From assembly GCF_001194135.2 (NCBI RefSeq), contig NC_068985.1:49126110-49190109 (forward strand): DNA of 64,000 nt. Direction: 5' to 3'. The notes under the pieces were generated by a model that saw nothing but the letters and a program-made list of their open reading frames with translations, made no database searches and had not been told where the DNA came from. Source of the DNA: Octopus bimaculoides. Its lineage: Eukaryota. This document shows, one piece after another, positions 63,390-64,000 of the stretch (its first letter is position 1; each line of letters begins with the position of its first letter). The translations under genes and the position numbers were made by a program.

Positions 63390-64000
63390 GTAAGTTGTAA
63401 TGACAATTGTATTATTGTTAGTTTGACTATGTTATTGTTTAGGTCTAGGTCTGCCCTTATCCAGCTGACTTTATGATCAAAGACCTAGGTGTATATTTAA
63501 GACTACATTATTCTATGTTACTTTCTTTAAGTCGGTACCTTGTATTCAGAGTTCCAATCCTGCAGAGAATAATTTTGTCTTTTGGGGGCCAAATGGACTG
63601 ACAGAAATGTTTGTATCTGAAGATATGCCTTGCAGGATTTATTACAGCTCTTTACATTCTGAGTTCAAATTCCTTTGTTGTCTGCATATGTTACAGATAT
63701 AGTCCATCACTCACCACCAAGCCCTTGAGTGCTTTTATCACTCCAGCCTGTTGCAAACATTTATGACAAGTCTACGGCTTGAGAGTACCATTCTCTTTCT
63801 CCCTCCTATCTATCTTAGAACTCCTGTAAAAGAGTTACTGGCAAATCCTTTCCTTCTTGACTGAAAGTTGAAAAATAAAAATCTATGATTTGCAACAGAT
63901 TTTAGCTGCTGTTTCTGTGAAGTTGCATGCTCTAATGTTTTGAGTGTTTGGTCATGATCCTGAACCATATAATAAGGGACATTGCCCTTAATCATATCTC

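Overview
AT-rich, microsatellite-dense, gapped animal genomic DNA. The SINE/LINE/MITE repertoire looks like an octopus (coleoid cephalopod) draft assembly; this is inferred from repeat style, not from a database search. One host gene is supportable: five + strand coding exons (51627-63389) splice in frame to a signal peptide plus a non-canonical C-type lectin domain. The architecture and the post-lectin motif match the N-terminus of protostome contactin, which would continue past the window. One of its introns appears to be GC-AG, and a candidate non-coding first exon lies about 30 kb upstream (~21.2-21.6 kb). The rest is transposon debris: at least four tRNA-type SINE families (labelled A-D here), R4/Dong-like, RTE and Penelope retroelements, a non-autonomous LTR element, and Merlin, mariner, Tc1, hAT-like, piggyBac-like and Helitron remnants. 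The most notable observations are: (1) a TSD-flanked composite SINE at 526-1082 that carries a 114-bp, 95% identical inverted copy of the gene's intron DNA from 59 kb away; (2) a sharp CpG-depletion boundary near 26 kb, consistent with fossil gene-body methylation; (3) a four-layer nested transposon stack at 19.1-21.1 kb; (4) several long fold-backs inside the pre-mRNA. No prokaryote-type systems, rRNA, true tRNA or CRISPR arrays were seen. Coordinates and counts were obtained by eye.
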